From positions 11,780,001-11,844,000 of the forward strand of contig NC_088803.1 in assembly GCF_011386835.1 (NCBI RefSeq): a stretch of 64,000 nt of DNA. The letters are read 5' to 3'. A model generated the notes under the pieces. The model did not search any database. It saw nothing but the letters and a program-made list of their open reading frames with translations, and was not told the origin of the DNA. The stretch is from Chrysemys picta bellii. Taxonomy: Eukaryota. The position numbers and the translations under genes were made by a program. The first letter of the stretch is position 1. Each line of letters opens with the position of its first letter. Positions 45,356 through 56,710 of this stretch are shown piece by piece.

Positions 45356-48281
45356 TGAGATACCAATGTCCATCTGTCGGTGCCTAATACCTTTGTAAAT
45401 CTGCCCTTTTTCTCTTTCTAACTGAATTATCTGTGTTTAAATTGAGGATAATACTCTTCTCTACCTCTCACAGCAGCTTGGAAGATAAATACTTTTAAGA
45501 TTTTGGGATGCTCAGAGACTTTGTTGATGGGGGACAGGTAATGGTGACATAGACAGGACAATGGAGTGTATCTCATCAAACTTGTGAAGAGACTGAAGTC
45601 AAGCGTTTTACTGTCTGCATGATTTTCCTTTGAGGTTAGATGTTCTCCATCATTAAACTTGTTTTTTATACACTTTTTGATGGGTTTCTCATTAATGATC
45701 CCGTCCCACCTGTTTAAAATTCCCAGCAGCAGAAATGCCCAGGGAGATCTCACCCTCTCACAGAAAGGATCATTTATCCCAGATAAATACTGAATTGAGA
45801 AAGTCTTTTGCACTTTCATAAAAAAACACAAGGCAGAATATACCATCCAAATCAACAGATCTGAGAACACCGTGGGAACAAGCCAGCCTCTAGATCCATG
45901 GTGCCATATATTCTAGGTGAGTGCTCTCACTGCTAGGATAAAACTTATGAGGGAGCTACTTCTGGTCAGAAGAAACCCCTGACCCTAAAGAGGGATCACA
46001 GCTGAGAATGCAAAGCCTAGATCGGTGTTTCTGTGCAGCACAGACTCTGTCATCAAACTCCCTAAGAGTGCTCGGGACACACTTCACCTCTTGACATCTT
46101 AAGTGGCTCCTCGCTGAGCCAGCTGGCTTTTGTGAATCCCATTTTGAGGTGCCTATCTCTCCCATCATTCATTCTATAGGATGCCTGGATGCTAAATTCA
46201 GGTTTTGTGAATCCCAGTGATTTTCTAGGTGCCTAAGTCCCTTTGTAGTTTGCTGGTTTGAAGCATCAGAGAAGATGAAACACAGGCCAGTCCATCTTCT
46301 TCATTCTCTCCCCACTGGAAAACTAATACTGAAGGTGAAGTGACTTTGACATCCACTCCTGTGATGAAGTCTCAAATTCTTGGGAAGATCTAGAAGTTTT
46401 GACTTGAGATTGGTTAGTTATAGGCTCTGAGAATGTCCTGTTTCTTGTTCAACATTTTAATCCTGGGATAGTTTCTTTTTGTGATTTGGGGTTATCTCTT
46501 TTTGCCAGAAGTTCAGATATTGAACAGTAGATCACATCAAAAAATATTTCAATTTCTGCCAAAAATTTCAAAGGAAATGAATATTGTTTTTGTCAACACC
46601 TCTCACTGATTTTTTTTCATGTTTTTGTCAAAAAACAATGAATATCCAATAAAGGAATATTCATGGTTCTCAAAAAACCCAAAGCATCATTTAACATTTT
46701 TAGAAAGCTGGCAAAAATTGATATTTGTTTTTATATTCCAAAGACAATGTTAACAATTTCAATGAATATCAATATTCTCCTTTTAGTCAGTTAGCCATTT
46801 TTAATCCCAAACAAGAGCAAAAAACACACACACACAAAAATCAAAAACACTCTTCAGTTTTCTAATTCATAGTTACATTTAATACACCTGTTAGAATCTG
46901 TGATGATATTCAAAGAAACCTGTCAGACAGGAATTTACGCAGGGTTTTGGACATGTTGTTTCAGAAGAATTGGTATGTCTGTGGGCTAGAGGATTTAGTG
47001 GGACAACTCACCTTCATGCTTTCATGTGGTGTGAGGACTATGAAACAAATAACTTAGGGCCACATTTAGGTCCTTAATTTCTTTTGAATATCCCACTAGG
47101 TGCCTAAATATCTTTTAAAATCAGGCCATTGGGCACTCTTGAAAATTTTACCCTTTGTGCCTAACTCCATTAGGCTCCTTTGAAAATTCCAGCCTACGTG
47201 AACAAGTGTAATTGATCTTCTTGGTCCTTTGAACTATCACAGAAGAGTCTGACATTAAACAAAAAATAAGGCAGTAAGAAAGCATGTTTCTCAGCTGAAA
47301 TATATATAATCTTTATGCCAGTTGCTGAGCTTCAGCTCTTAGAAAACGGTTTAGAAATTCGGAAGTATTCAACTAGAAGGGTGGGATTTAAACATAAGTA
47401 ACTTTGACTTTTAAGGGGGATAACAGAGATATTTTTGTACTTTTGTTAGCTTCACAGGTATACTATTATATATATTTTACTTGTAGGCTGAATGAGGAAT
47501 TGGAAGGTCAGGAAATCTTATAAAAGTAGACTAAGTAGAAGTGAGAGAGGTATCTTCCACTATAGAGAATAGTTTAAATCTTGACTGTCTCATTTTTTGA
47601 ATGCACTGGGCCAGATATTCAGTGCCACTGCAGTCAATGGGTCAGATCCCCATCTGGTTTAAACCTGTGTAGCTCCTGAAAGTTATTGCAATTCTACTGA
47701 TATAGAACAGTTGAAGATAAGGGGTCAGATTTTAAAAGGCATTTGTGGGTGCCTCAAGATGCATACAGACGTGCAGTGCAATTTTCAAAAGGTGCTGCGT
47801 AGGTTGGGCACCATCTAGCTCAGCCAGCTTTTAAAAGTCCAGTAAAGGGCAAGATTCAAAAAGGTACTTTGTTGGCATTGTCAATGTGCCTAAATTTTAG
47901 GCTCCTACAAATCCACTGGGATGGCCAGCCATGGTGTGGGGCAGAAACATAGTGACCTGGGAGACTTTTACAACCAAAATTTAGGTGCTGAACAAGTTCA
48001 GGCACCTTCAGGGTTTGGGGGCAGCTGAGTGGGGGTTTTGTCAATCCCAGTGGGGCCTGATTCTGGGATTTAGGTGCCTAAAGTGGCAGTTAGGAAGCTA
48101 AATCCTGTTGTGACTCCAGTCCTAGGCAGCTATTGACATCTTTGGCCACCTAAATAACTTTGAAAATCAGACCCTCATTGCTTAAGAAAGGAAATTGTCT
48201 GTCAGTTTTCAGTGATTCAGAAGGGATTTGGATTCCATCCATACTAGTGTATGGGAACAGTTAGGAAAGTGTGGTACCTGC

Positions 48282-49407
48282 TGTAACCGTGCCTTAGTGG
48301 GTCACAACTGAGGATGCCAAATTCAGGACGAACTGCTGAGAAATAGGAAAGATACACCCCAAGACTGGTGGCTAATCCCCCATAGGATATACCAAACTAG
48401 CAACAAAAGTAAACTTGTTTCACCACACTGGATAACAAGAAGACATAAAGGCAGTTTCCTCTGGCATTCCAGTTCTTATATCACCACCAAAAACCCTGGA
48501 TTCAAAGATGAGTGGTTCTTTACAATCTCATCAAATAATAGGTTCTTCTGATCCCAAAGGACCAGCTACACACCCAGGTCAATATATAACTTAGATCTTA
48601 TCCAAAAATCACGCTGATGCCAATCTTTTAGTGTCTAAAATCTAAAGGTTTATTCGTAAAAAAGAAGAAAGAAAGGTGAGAGTTAAAATTAGTTAAAGGA
48701 ATCAATTGCATACAGTAATGGCAAAGTTCTTGGTTCAGGCTTGTAACAGTGATGGAATAAACTGCTGGGTTAAGTCAAGTTTCTGGAATACATCCACAGC
48801 TTGGGTGGGTCATTCAGTCCATTGTTCAGAGTTTCAGTTTGTAGCAAAGTTCCTCCAGAGGTAAGAGGCAGGATTGGAGACATAATGGACGTGTTTCCAG
48901 GGCCTTTTATAGCTTTTTCTATGTGGAGGGCATCCCATTGTTCTTACTGTGGAAAATTACAGTAACCAGATGGAATTTGGAGTCACATGGGAAAGTCCCA
49001 TGTCTATCCATTTCGCTCAGCCATTGCAGGAAGCCATTACCTATACTCCAGACAACAAGTTTGCATGACAGTCCACTCAGTGTAGATGGGCATTTCCCAT
49101 GGTCCATTTTCAACCAAGTGTTTCTTGATGAACCATTTAACTTGAATAGTCCCTTCAAGATGTGCTGGGCGCTATCTTGTGGGCTATACCCCAGGAGCAA
49201 ACATTTGAAATCCAGGTATAGAGCCAATACTTATAACTTCAAATACAAAAATGATACATGCATAGAGATAGCATAATCATAACCAGCAAAACATAACCTT
49301 TTCATAGACATCTCACTCAACAACCTTTGTACAATATTTGCTGCAAATATAGAACAGTGGTTGCAACAATGATCTATATGGTCATATTTTAATCAGATAA
49401 TATCACA
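48282..49407 (-). mobile_element. Solo LTR with a 5-bp TSD, in the presumed intron of the OR at 49808
   Basis: TGTAACC...ATATCACA flanked by CCTGC/CCTGC. The paralogous sites at about 31150 and 39686 are empty. Confidence 0.88.
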
Positions 49408-49724
49408 CCTGCATGATACCAAAGGAGACCAGAGTTCGAGTTGGAAGAAATGGAGATTGCATTTGGTTGTATTAACAAGGTTTGTGGCTAATGAAATGTC
49501 AAGTTACTTTTAAGCTGACATCAGATGCCTCAAGCCTCAGAGATACCAAGAAATGCATGTTCACTGTCCGGAGTATCGGGTCAAAAATAACATTAGTAAT
49601 CACCAGGAAAATGGGAGTTTAAATTATAATCTTTATAGGCTTAAATTATTGACCCTATATTAAATTTCTAATTTCATCAAATAACATTGTAAAGCTTTGT
49701 TTAACTATCTTTTTGGGACTGGTC

Positions 49725-49784
49725 ATGGAAAACAGAGTGAGGGGAAATCAAACAGTGACAGAATGCATTTATTTATTATTGTGA
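49725..49784 (+). other. Relict OR N-terminus / uORF (MENRVRGNQTVTECIYLLL*)
   Basis: Positionally homologous to the start of the 31462/39998 genes (MENRDRRNQSVTEF). Terminated by TGA at 49782-49784. Confidence 0.8.
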
Positions 49785-49807
49785 GTTATTTTCTGTAGAT
49801 ACAACCC

Positions 49808-50788
49808 ATGGAAGACTCCAAATGGGGAAATCAAACAGGCGTCACAGAATTCATCCTCCTGGGATTTGGGAATCTCCCTGAACTGCAGGTCCTTCTCTTC
49901 CTGCTGTTTCTAGTGATCTACATTGTGACCATGGCTGGGAACATCCTCATCGTTGTGCTAGTTGTGGCTGATCAGCACCTCCACACCCCCATGTACTTCT
50001 TCCTGGGGAACTTATCCTGCTTGGAGACCTGCTACACCTCAAACATCCTGCCCATGTTGCTGGCCAGTCTCCTGACTGGGGACAGAACCATTTCTGTTGC
50101 GGGCTGTATTGTACAACTGTATTGCTTTGCTTGTCTGGTAGCTACAGAATGTTGTCTTCTAGCAGTGATGTCTTATGATCGGTATTTAGCCATATGCAAA
50201 CCCCTGCATTATGCAGCCCTTATGAATGATCAGTTTTCCCTCCAGCTAGCAGTTGGGTCTTGGCTAAGTGGCTTTACAGTCAGTACCAACACAGCATGTT
50301 GGATGTCACAAATGATTTTCTGTGGGCCCAATGAAATTGACCATTTCTTTTGTGATTACATCGCATTGCTCAAATTGTCCTGCAGTGACACCAGCAAGAT
50401 GGTTCTTGTGATCTTCCTTCTCTCCTTCATAATGATTCTTCTTCCATTTCTCTTAACCCTGACATCTTACGTGTGTATCATCAGCACCATCTTGAGAATC
50501 CCTTCCACCACGGGAAGGCAAAAGGCTTTTTCCACATGCTCCTCTCACCTCATCATGGTCACAATTTTCTATGGGACCCTAATCATTGTGTACATGCTCC
50601 CAGACACTGCTGAATTGAGAGACCTGAACAAAGTGCTCTCTGTCTTCTACACTGTCCTGACTCCCCTGGCCAACCCCCTCATCTACAGCCTGAGAAACAA
50701 AGAGGTCAAGGAGTCCCTGAGAAAAGCTCTAAGTAAGACTACGACTTTTATAACCAATCACAAACTATGTTGTAGGCATTTATGGTAA
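49808..50788 (+). CDS. Olfactory receptor, family 11/6-like, 326 aa, intact
   Basis: LHTPMYFFLGNLSCLETCY, MSYDRYLAIC, KAFSTCSSHL, NPLIYSLRNKEV. It has its own acceptor TTTTCTGTAG ending at 49798. Confidence 0.93.
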   Translation: MEDSKWGNQTGVTEFILLGFGNLPELQVLLFLLFLVIYIVTMAGNILIVVLVVADQHLHTPMYFFLGNLSCLETCYTSNILPMLLASLLTGDRTISVAGCIVQLYCFACLVATECCLLAVMSYDRYLAICKPLHYAALMNDQFSLQLAVGSWLSGFTVSTNTACWMSQMIFCGPNEIDHFFCDYIALLKLSCSDTSKMVLVIFLLSFIMILLPFLLTLTSYVCIISTILRIPSTTGRQKAFSTCSSHLIMVTIFYGTLIIVYMLPDTAELRDLNKVLSVFYTVLTPLANPLIYSLRNKEVKESLRKALSKTTTFITNHKLCCRHLW

Positions 50789-50811
50789 GTTGCAATCAAA
50801 TATATAGAAAG

Positions 50812-50885
50812 TATCAGGGGGTAGCTGTGTTAGTCTGTATCTACAAAAACAACAAGGAGTCTGGTGGCACCTTAAAGACTAACAG
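50812..50885 (-). mobile_element. 74-bp Penelope terminal fragment with a 12-bp TSD
   Basis: TATCAGGGGGTAGCTGTGTTAGTCTGTATC...GGCACCTTAAAGACTAACAG flanked by ATATATAGAAAG at 50800-50811 and 50886-50897. Confidence 0.8.
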
Positions 50886-51193
50886 ATATATAGAAAGGGA
50901 GCTCATCATGCGATGCAATGTAGCAAACCACAGCTCATGTGGGTGTCCTTAATTATTAGGGCTGTTCTATTACCTATAGTAAGACCCCAAGTGTGAGGAA
51001 GGGCCAGTTTAAAAGTATGGACTGCAGGGCCAGTATAGGTTGACTCATAAGATACAGTCTGGATGGACCCTGGATCTGTTTGCAGTAATGTGAGTCAAAC
51101 GAGCTGCACTGAAAGATGGGCAGGGATTTTAGGGGTTTAAGTAGCGATGAATTTCTCCTCAGTACAGACGGTCTACATGAGGTACACATTGTT

Positions 51194-51830
51194 TGCAGTG
51201 TTGTTGTAGCTGTGTTTGTCCCAGGATATTAAAGACACGAGTTGGGGGAGGTGATATCTTTTAGTGGACCAACTTCTGCTGGTGAAAGAGACAAGCTTTT
51301 GCTCTTACATGGAGCTTTTCTTCAGGTCGGAGAAAGGTACACAGGGAATCACAGCTAAGTACAAGGGTGGAATAGATAAGGAGTTCACACATGTTGCAAG
51401 AAATCATTGAAGGTGAAGTAGGCAGTTAACACTTCTACAATAATCGGACAAAGTGGGGTTAGTGGGTTACAGATGGTTATAATGTGCCAGAAATCCAGTT
51501 TCTTTGTTAAGAACATGCTTTTTTGCAATCTAGCAGATTTACGGATGTAAGTATAATTAAAAATTACAATGCATACTCACTGGGGGCCACATCCTGAAAG
51601 AAATCTTTCCCAAACTCCTTCTTTTGGCCTTCAAACAACCCCCCAACATCACCACGCTCATTATCAGAAGCTCCCCACCAGGATCCACCAAAACAAAGCA
51701 GCACCAGCCCCTGCCATAACAACAGATGCAAAATTTGGAGACATATATCCACTGCTACAATGGTCAATATCCTCACAAGGCACCTTTCAAGTTCCATGGG
51801 CCTAACATGTGGTGTACCTCATCCAGTAGG
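51194..51830. mobile_element. Older Penelope-like element (second family): 3' end on the minus strand plus an inverted GIY-YIG-region fragment on the plus strand
   Basis: 51194-51552 on the minus strand gives a decayed ORF end (GLNK.TGF.AHYN-like) and the terminus. 51572-51828 on the plus strand gives LLAFKQPPN..., PCHNNRCK and HVVYLIQ remnants. Confidence 0.7.
51290..51328 (-). ncRNA. Degenerate hammerhead-like motif (second PLE family)
   Basis: GAC CTGAAGA A AAGCTC-CATGT-AAGAGC AAAA GC TT GTC. Stem I, the CUGAAGA core and AAGCTT are present, but stem II and G12 are mutated. Confidence 0.4.
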
Positions 51831-52410
51831 CATTCTGAGAGCAAGCCCAACTGCACACAAAATGTCAGGAAGAGGAGGCAGCTTCTCTTATAAGCTTTAG
51901 CCCACTGTTCAGGGCACTCACCAAAAATATGGGAGACCCCCAGGTCAGTTTCACTCTCTGCCTGAGAAATAGAAGGGATTCAAACATGGGATTTCTATGT
52001 TTTGGCTACATGCTCTAAACACTGACTTAAAGGTAGGTTTGAAGGATGAGATTTTTATTGGTAAATGAGGGTAATCATCAATTTCACCCTACACACACAA
52101 AACAACAAAAATATTTCCTTTGAATAGAAATTTATGGATAGGCAAAGTAAGACAAATGCTGCTTGGGAACTTATTAGAATTTGATGTAAGGATATTTACC
52201 TTGTATATTTTGTTATGTGATTTCAGTTTCTGTTTTAGTGATTATAAAGCTTTAACTTTTTGAAATTAACGTCTCCTGTCGTTAAATAATGACCCACTCT
52301 CTTGTCTGTACCCCCCCCCCCATTATTTCCCACAACTATGAACATTTAAACTGATAAAAATCAGAAAAAAATACTTAAAATTTATGATATTGCACAACTG
52401 TGATAATTAT

Positions 52411-53640
52411 CAGAGGCGTAGCCGTGTTAGTCTGAATATGTAAAAAGCAACAGAGGGTCCTGTGGCACCTTTAAGACTAACGGAAGTATTGGGAGCATAA
52501 GCTTTCATGGGTAAGAACCTCACTTCTTCAGATGCAAGTAATGCAAATTTCCAGAGGCAGGTATAAATCAGTGTGGAGATAACGAGGTTAGTTCAATCAG
52601 GGAGGGTGAGGTGCTCTTCTAGCAGTTGAGGTGTGAACATCAAGGGAGGAGAAACTGCTTCTGTAGTTGGATAGCCATTCACAGTCTTTGTTTAATCCAG
52701 ATCTGATGGTGTCAAATTTGCAAATGAACTGGAGCTCAGCAGTTTCTCTTTGGAGTCTGGTCCTGAAGTTTTTTTGCTGTAAGATGGCTACCTTTACATC
52801 TGCTATTGTGTGGCCAGGGAGGTTGAAGTGTTCTCCTACAGGTTTTTGTATATTGCCATTCCTGATATCTGACTTGTGTCCATTTATCCTCTTGCATAGT
52901 GACTGTCCAGTTTGGCCAATGTACATAGCAGAGGGGCATTGCTGGCACATGATGGCATATATAACATTGGTGCACGTTCAGGTGAATGAGCTGGTGATGT
53001 TGTAGCTGATCTGGTTAGGTCCTGTGATGGTGTTGCTGGTGTAGATATGTGGGCAGAGTTGGCATCGACGTTTGTTGCATGGGTTGGTTCCTGAGTTAGA
53101 GTTGTTATGGTGCGGTGCGTGGTTGCTGGTGAGAATATGCTTAAGGTTGGCGGGTTGTCTGTTGGCAAGGACTGGCCTGCCTCCCAAGGTCTGTGAAAGT
53201 GAGGGATCATTGTCCAGGATGGGTTGTAGATCACTGATGATGCACTGGAGAGGTTTAAGCTGAGGACTGTGGGTGATGGCCAGTGGAGTTCTGTTGGTTT
53301 CTTTTTTGGGCCTGTCTTGTAGCAGGAGGCTTCTGGGTACACATCTGGCTCTGTTGATTTGTTTCTTTATTTCCTTGTGTGGGTATTGTAGTTTTGAGAA
53401 TGCTTGGTGAAGATCTTGTAGGTGTTGGTCTCTGTCTGAGGGGTTGGAGCAGATGCGGTTGTACCTCAGGGCTTGGCTGTAGACGATGGATCGTGTGATG
53501 TGTCCGGGGTGGAAGCTGGAGGCATGAAGGTAGGCGTAGCGGTCGGTGGGTTTTCGGTATAGGGTGGTGTTAACACCTCAGACCTTGGGAGGCAGGCCAG
53601 TCCTCGCCCACAGACAACCCGCCAACCTTAAGCATATTCT
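52411..53640 (-). mobile_element. Penelope-like retroelement, 5'-truncated, with GIY-YIG endonuclease and a 5' inverted segment
   Basis: ORF 52597-52950 (YIGQT...KRINGH...PVGEHFN...RETAE...GLN) is a GIY-YIG domain. It carries the PLE terminal repeat, and 53579-53640 is an inverted copy of 53132-53193. Confidence 0.93.
52495..52535 (-). ncRNA. Minimal type I hammerhead-ribozyme motif (PLE), canonical core
   Basis: GCAT CTGAAGA A GTGAGG-TTCTTA-CCCAT GAAA GC TT ATGC, with palindromic AAGCTT in place of stem III. Confidence 0.7.
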
Positions 53641-53988
53641 TATGGGGAACACCGATCTTCATAGTTTTTTTTGATCATGCTGCAGCTTTGGTGTCAAATG
53701 GGCATGCCTAGAGGCAGAAATTTAGGCACTAAGGAAATGTTGACAGTACAAATTTAGGTGCCTAGAGCCAGATTTTTAAAGGTATGGATTTCAATGGGTG
53801 TTTAGATGCTTTTGAAAATCCCACTAGCATCTAAATACCTTTAAAAATCTGGCCATTAGTTAGTTTAGGTGCCTACAGAGTTTATTGGCAGAAGAACAGG
53901 TGTTTGTGGATTGCAGTGGTGCCTAAACCTGCCTAAATCTCATGTTGAGGTGCTAAGTCCCTTTGTGGATCTGGGCTTTGGTGACCAG

Positions 53989-54486
53989 CAGGGTGAAAGT
54001 GAACCGGTAGGGGCAGGTATGGAGTACCGGTAAGAACTGCACTGGCCCATACCTAGCCCACATTAAAGCACTTTAATGTCCCTGCCCCTTTTGCCTCCCC
54101 TGTAGGCAGCCCTGCTGGTAGGGTTCTTACCGGCAGGGCCGCCTACAGGGGAGGCAAGCTTTAAGGACTGTCCTTTGCTGTGGCAGTACATTAATGTCCC
54201 TGCCCCTTTTGCCCCACCCCCCCAGCCGCCGACGGGCGGGGTGGGGCAGAGGGATCAGCTGCCCTGGGGCCGGCAATTTAAAAGGGCCTGGGGTTCCGGA
54301 CACTGCTGCTGCTGCCACAGCAGTGGCATCCGAAGCCCCGGGCCCTTTAAATCAACACGGGAGCCCCAGCAGGCCAGGCGGCCTAGAAGGGCTGGCTGGG
54401 GGATGCTGACCCCCAGCCCCGCCCCTTCCACCTGAGGCCTGCCCCGGCCCCATACCAGTAAGTGTCCTGACCTACCTTTACCCCTG
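53989..54486. mobile_element. hAT-type non-autonomous element
   Basis: CAGGGTGAAAG ... CTTTACCCCTG, perfect 8-bp TSD GTGACCAG (53981-53988, 54487-54494), sub-terminal TACCGGTAAG/TACCAGTAAG and a GC-rich interior. Confidence 0.88.
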
Positions 54487-55309
54487 GTGACCAGACATCA
54501 TTTTCACCTGCTCTGCTGCTACCAGTCCTATTTATTGAGAGCCTTACACAACGGGTCTGAGACATCAGTGTGTTACTCCACTTTCAACATCCTTGCCATG
54601 ATTCAGCCCCCTCCTTGATGCCAGTACAATGGCTTTAATTTCAAAAGTTTCAAGCATTTTTTCTCATGAAAAGTGGACCTAGAATGAAGAAATTGGAAAA
54701 CAACCAGCCAAATGGCCTACTATATAGGGACCAATTCTAGAAAGGAGAGTAGAATATGAATGTCCACTGCCTTGCACCTTGAGTACTCATTCACACCTCT
54801 GAATGAGACTATAAATGTCAATGCAGTCATTTCTGATTTACACCAGAGTCTTTTAGAGAGGAACCAGGACCTATCATTCTATTCTGGTAGCATTTTACAT
54901 TTGCTCTGTCATTCTTCTGTACAGGTGTAATCCATTACAGAAGACACAAGGTCATGGAAAATCATGCCCGCATATACCGTGGTTTATTTCAAACCTTGGC
55001 AAAACAAGGCAGTGGTGAATGAGAATTCAGAAGGAAGTTTCCTCACATGTGGACACTTCTCCCAGGAAGGAGTGACTGAACTACCAGCTTACTTTGCCAC
55101 AGTCAACCAACCATTCATGATTAAATTAATAGCTGCTGGTCAGCATTGACCTTAAATTTGCAATCAACCTAGAGGTAATGCTGTTCATATCTCTTTCGCA
55201 GATCTAGGCAATCCATTCACAATAAATACATGTAATTAGAGGACAATCATGTGCACATATCATCTAACATACAATAATTTGACATACAGAACATCAACAT
55301 TTTTTTCCA

Positions 55310-56710
55310 AAAATCCCATTTTTCAACATCATTTTTCATTGTAAATTTTAGCTGAGATGAAAAAAAAATCTGTGCATATTAATCTGAATTGTAGATGAGT
55401 TTTTGTAATTTTTCTCTGTGTGCTTCAAGCAGCTACAGAGACAAGCATCATTTCTGAAACTTTGGTGACTTTTTTGGCCAAAATGTTTAATTTCAAGCCC
55501 AACAAAAAATTGACAAAATGTTAACATTTTTGCATGTTTCATTTTGCAGTGTTTGGACACTAGTTCAACCGTAACATTGAATGCCATTGTTGTCAATGGA
55601 GCTACTCCAAATTTGCACAATTGTGTAACTGATATCAGAACAAGTTCTGTGCCCAAATTACTTTCTTTGAGAAAATATTTTTCTCTTCATCCTGTCCCCC
55701 TACAGTCTCCTTAGAGCCACTTTCACTTCCTTGTTCCTCAGGTGATAGATAAAGGGGTTCAAGGTGGGGGTGATGGTTGTGTATATCAGAGCCAGCACTT
55801 TGTTGCTGTCTGGTGAGTCAGTGAACTTGGGTCTAATATAGATCAGGCTGCCACTCTTGTAATACAATGTCACCACAAAGAGATGTGAGGAGCAGGTGGA
55901 GAAGGCTTTGTGTCTGCCTTCAGTCAATGCCATCTTTAAGATGGTGGAGATGATAAAGGTGTAGGACACAATAATGAGAGAAAATGGAGTGAAGATAACC
56001 AGTATCATAGCTGTAAACAACTGCATTTCATACTGAGATGTGTCAATGCAAGAAAGCTTAATCAATGGGGGAATATCACAGAAGAAATAGTTAATCTGAT
56101 TGGACCCATAAAATGGCAAGGTGAAAACCCAGGCTGTCTGTACTAGGGACACCACATTACCACTGAACCATGAGAGAACTGTCAAGAAAAGGCAGACCCT
56201 CCCATTCATGATAAGCCTGTATCTCAATGGGTTGTATATAACCATGTAGTGGTCATACGCCATGGCAGCAAGTAGGAAGCACTCTGAGGCCCCAAAGAAT
56301 AGCAGGAAATACATTTGGGCAACACAGCCCACCAGCATCTTGGGGACAGTGCCTGAGGTGTAGCAGATCTCCAGGAAGGATAAGACTCAGAGAAAGAAAT
56401 ACATGGGGGTGTGAAGGGCTGTGTCCATGGTGATGAGTTCCCCATCAGGGTAATGGTGTAAATGAACAGATAGATGGAGAACAGAGGCACCTCCAGCTCA
56501 TGGTAGTTGGATAATTCTAGTAGAATGAAATCAGTCACCGTGGTGAGGTTCCCCCTTCTTGATTCCATTGCATATTTCATCTGTGGGAGACAACTAATAA
56601 GATATCATGTGAAGAAATGACCCACTGAAGGAAATAAGGAGAAATAGTCAAGGGCTCACATGGAATGTAGGGTCCCAACTCCCATGGCCATTCAATGGGA
56701 GTTGGAGCCC
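55310..56710. repeat. OR10 duplication module (paralog of about 62270-63720)
   Basis: Collinear downstream AT-rich block, OR, acceptor and upstream intron. Confidence 0.85.
55700..56580 (-). pseudogene. OR family-10-like pseudogene, paralog of 62587-63582
   Basis: A 13-nt frameshifting deletion after MGN and a 36-nt in-frame deletion after PKMLV relative to the intact paralog. MAYDHY. ORFs 56224-56580 and 55700-56338. Confidence 0.92.

Larger units (their letters stand above)
37100..45950. repeat. Recent tandem duplication unit 2 (about 8.55 kb plus a 272-bp MITE insertion including its TSD)
   Basis: Near-identical to 28600-37100. Identity drops noticeably after about 45980. Confidence 0.92.
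45950..50800. repeat. Older, more diverged paralog of the OR11-like upstream region (about 37150-40960)
   Basis: Collinear but with many more substitutions and indels. It lacks the (CT)-rich block near 37530-37700 and carries an extra LTR. Confidence 0.8.

Noticed and set aside
54900-55000. Acceptor-like TTCTTCTGTACAG followed by ATG GAA AAT CAT, resembling an OR start
   Set aside because: No downstream OR motifs could be recovered in any frame by eye.
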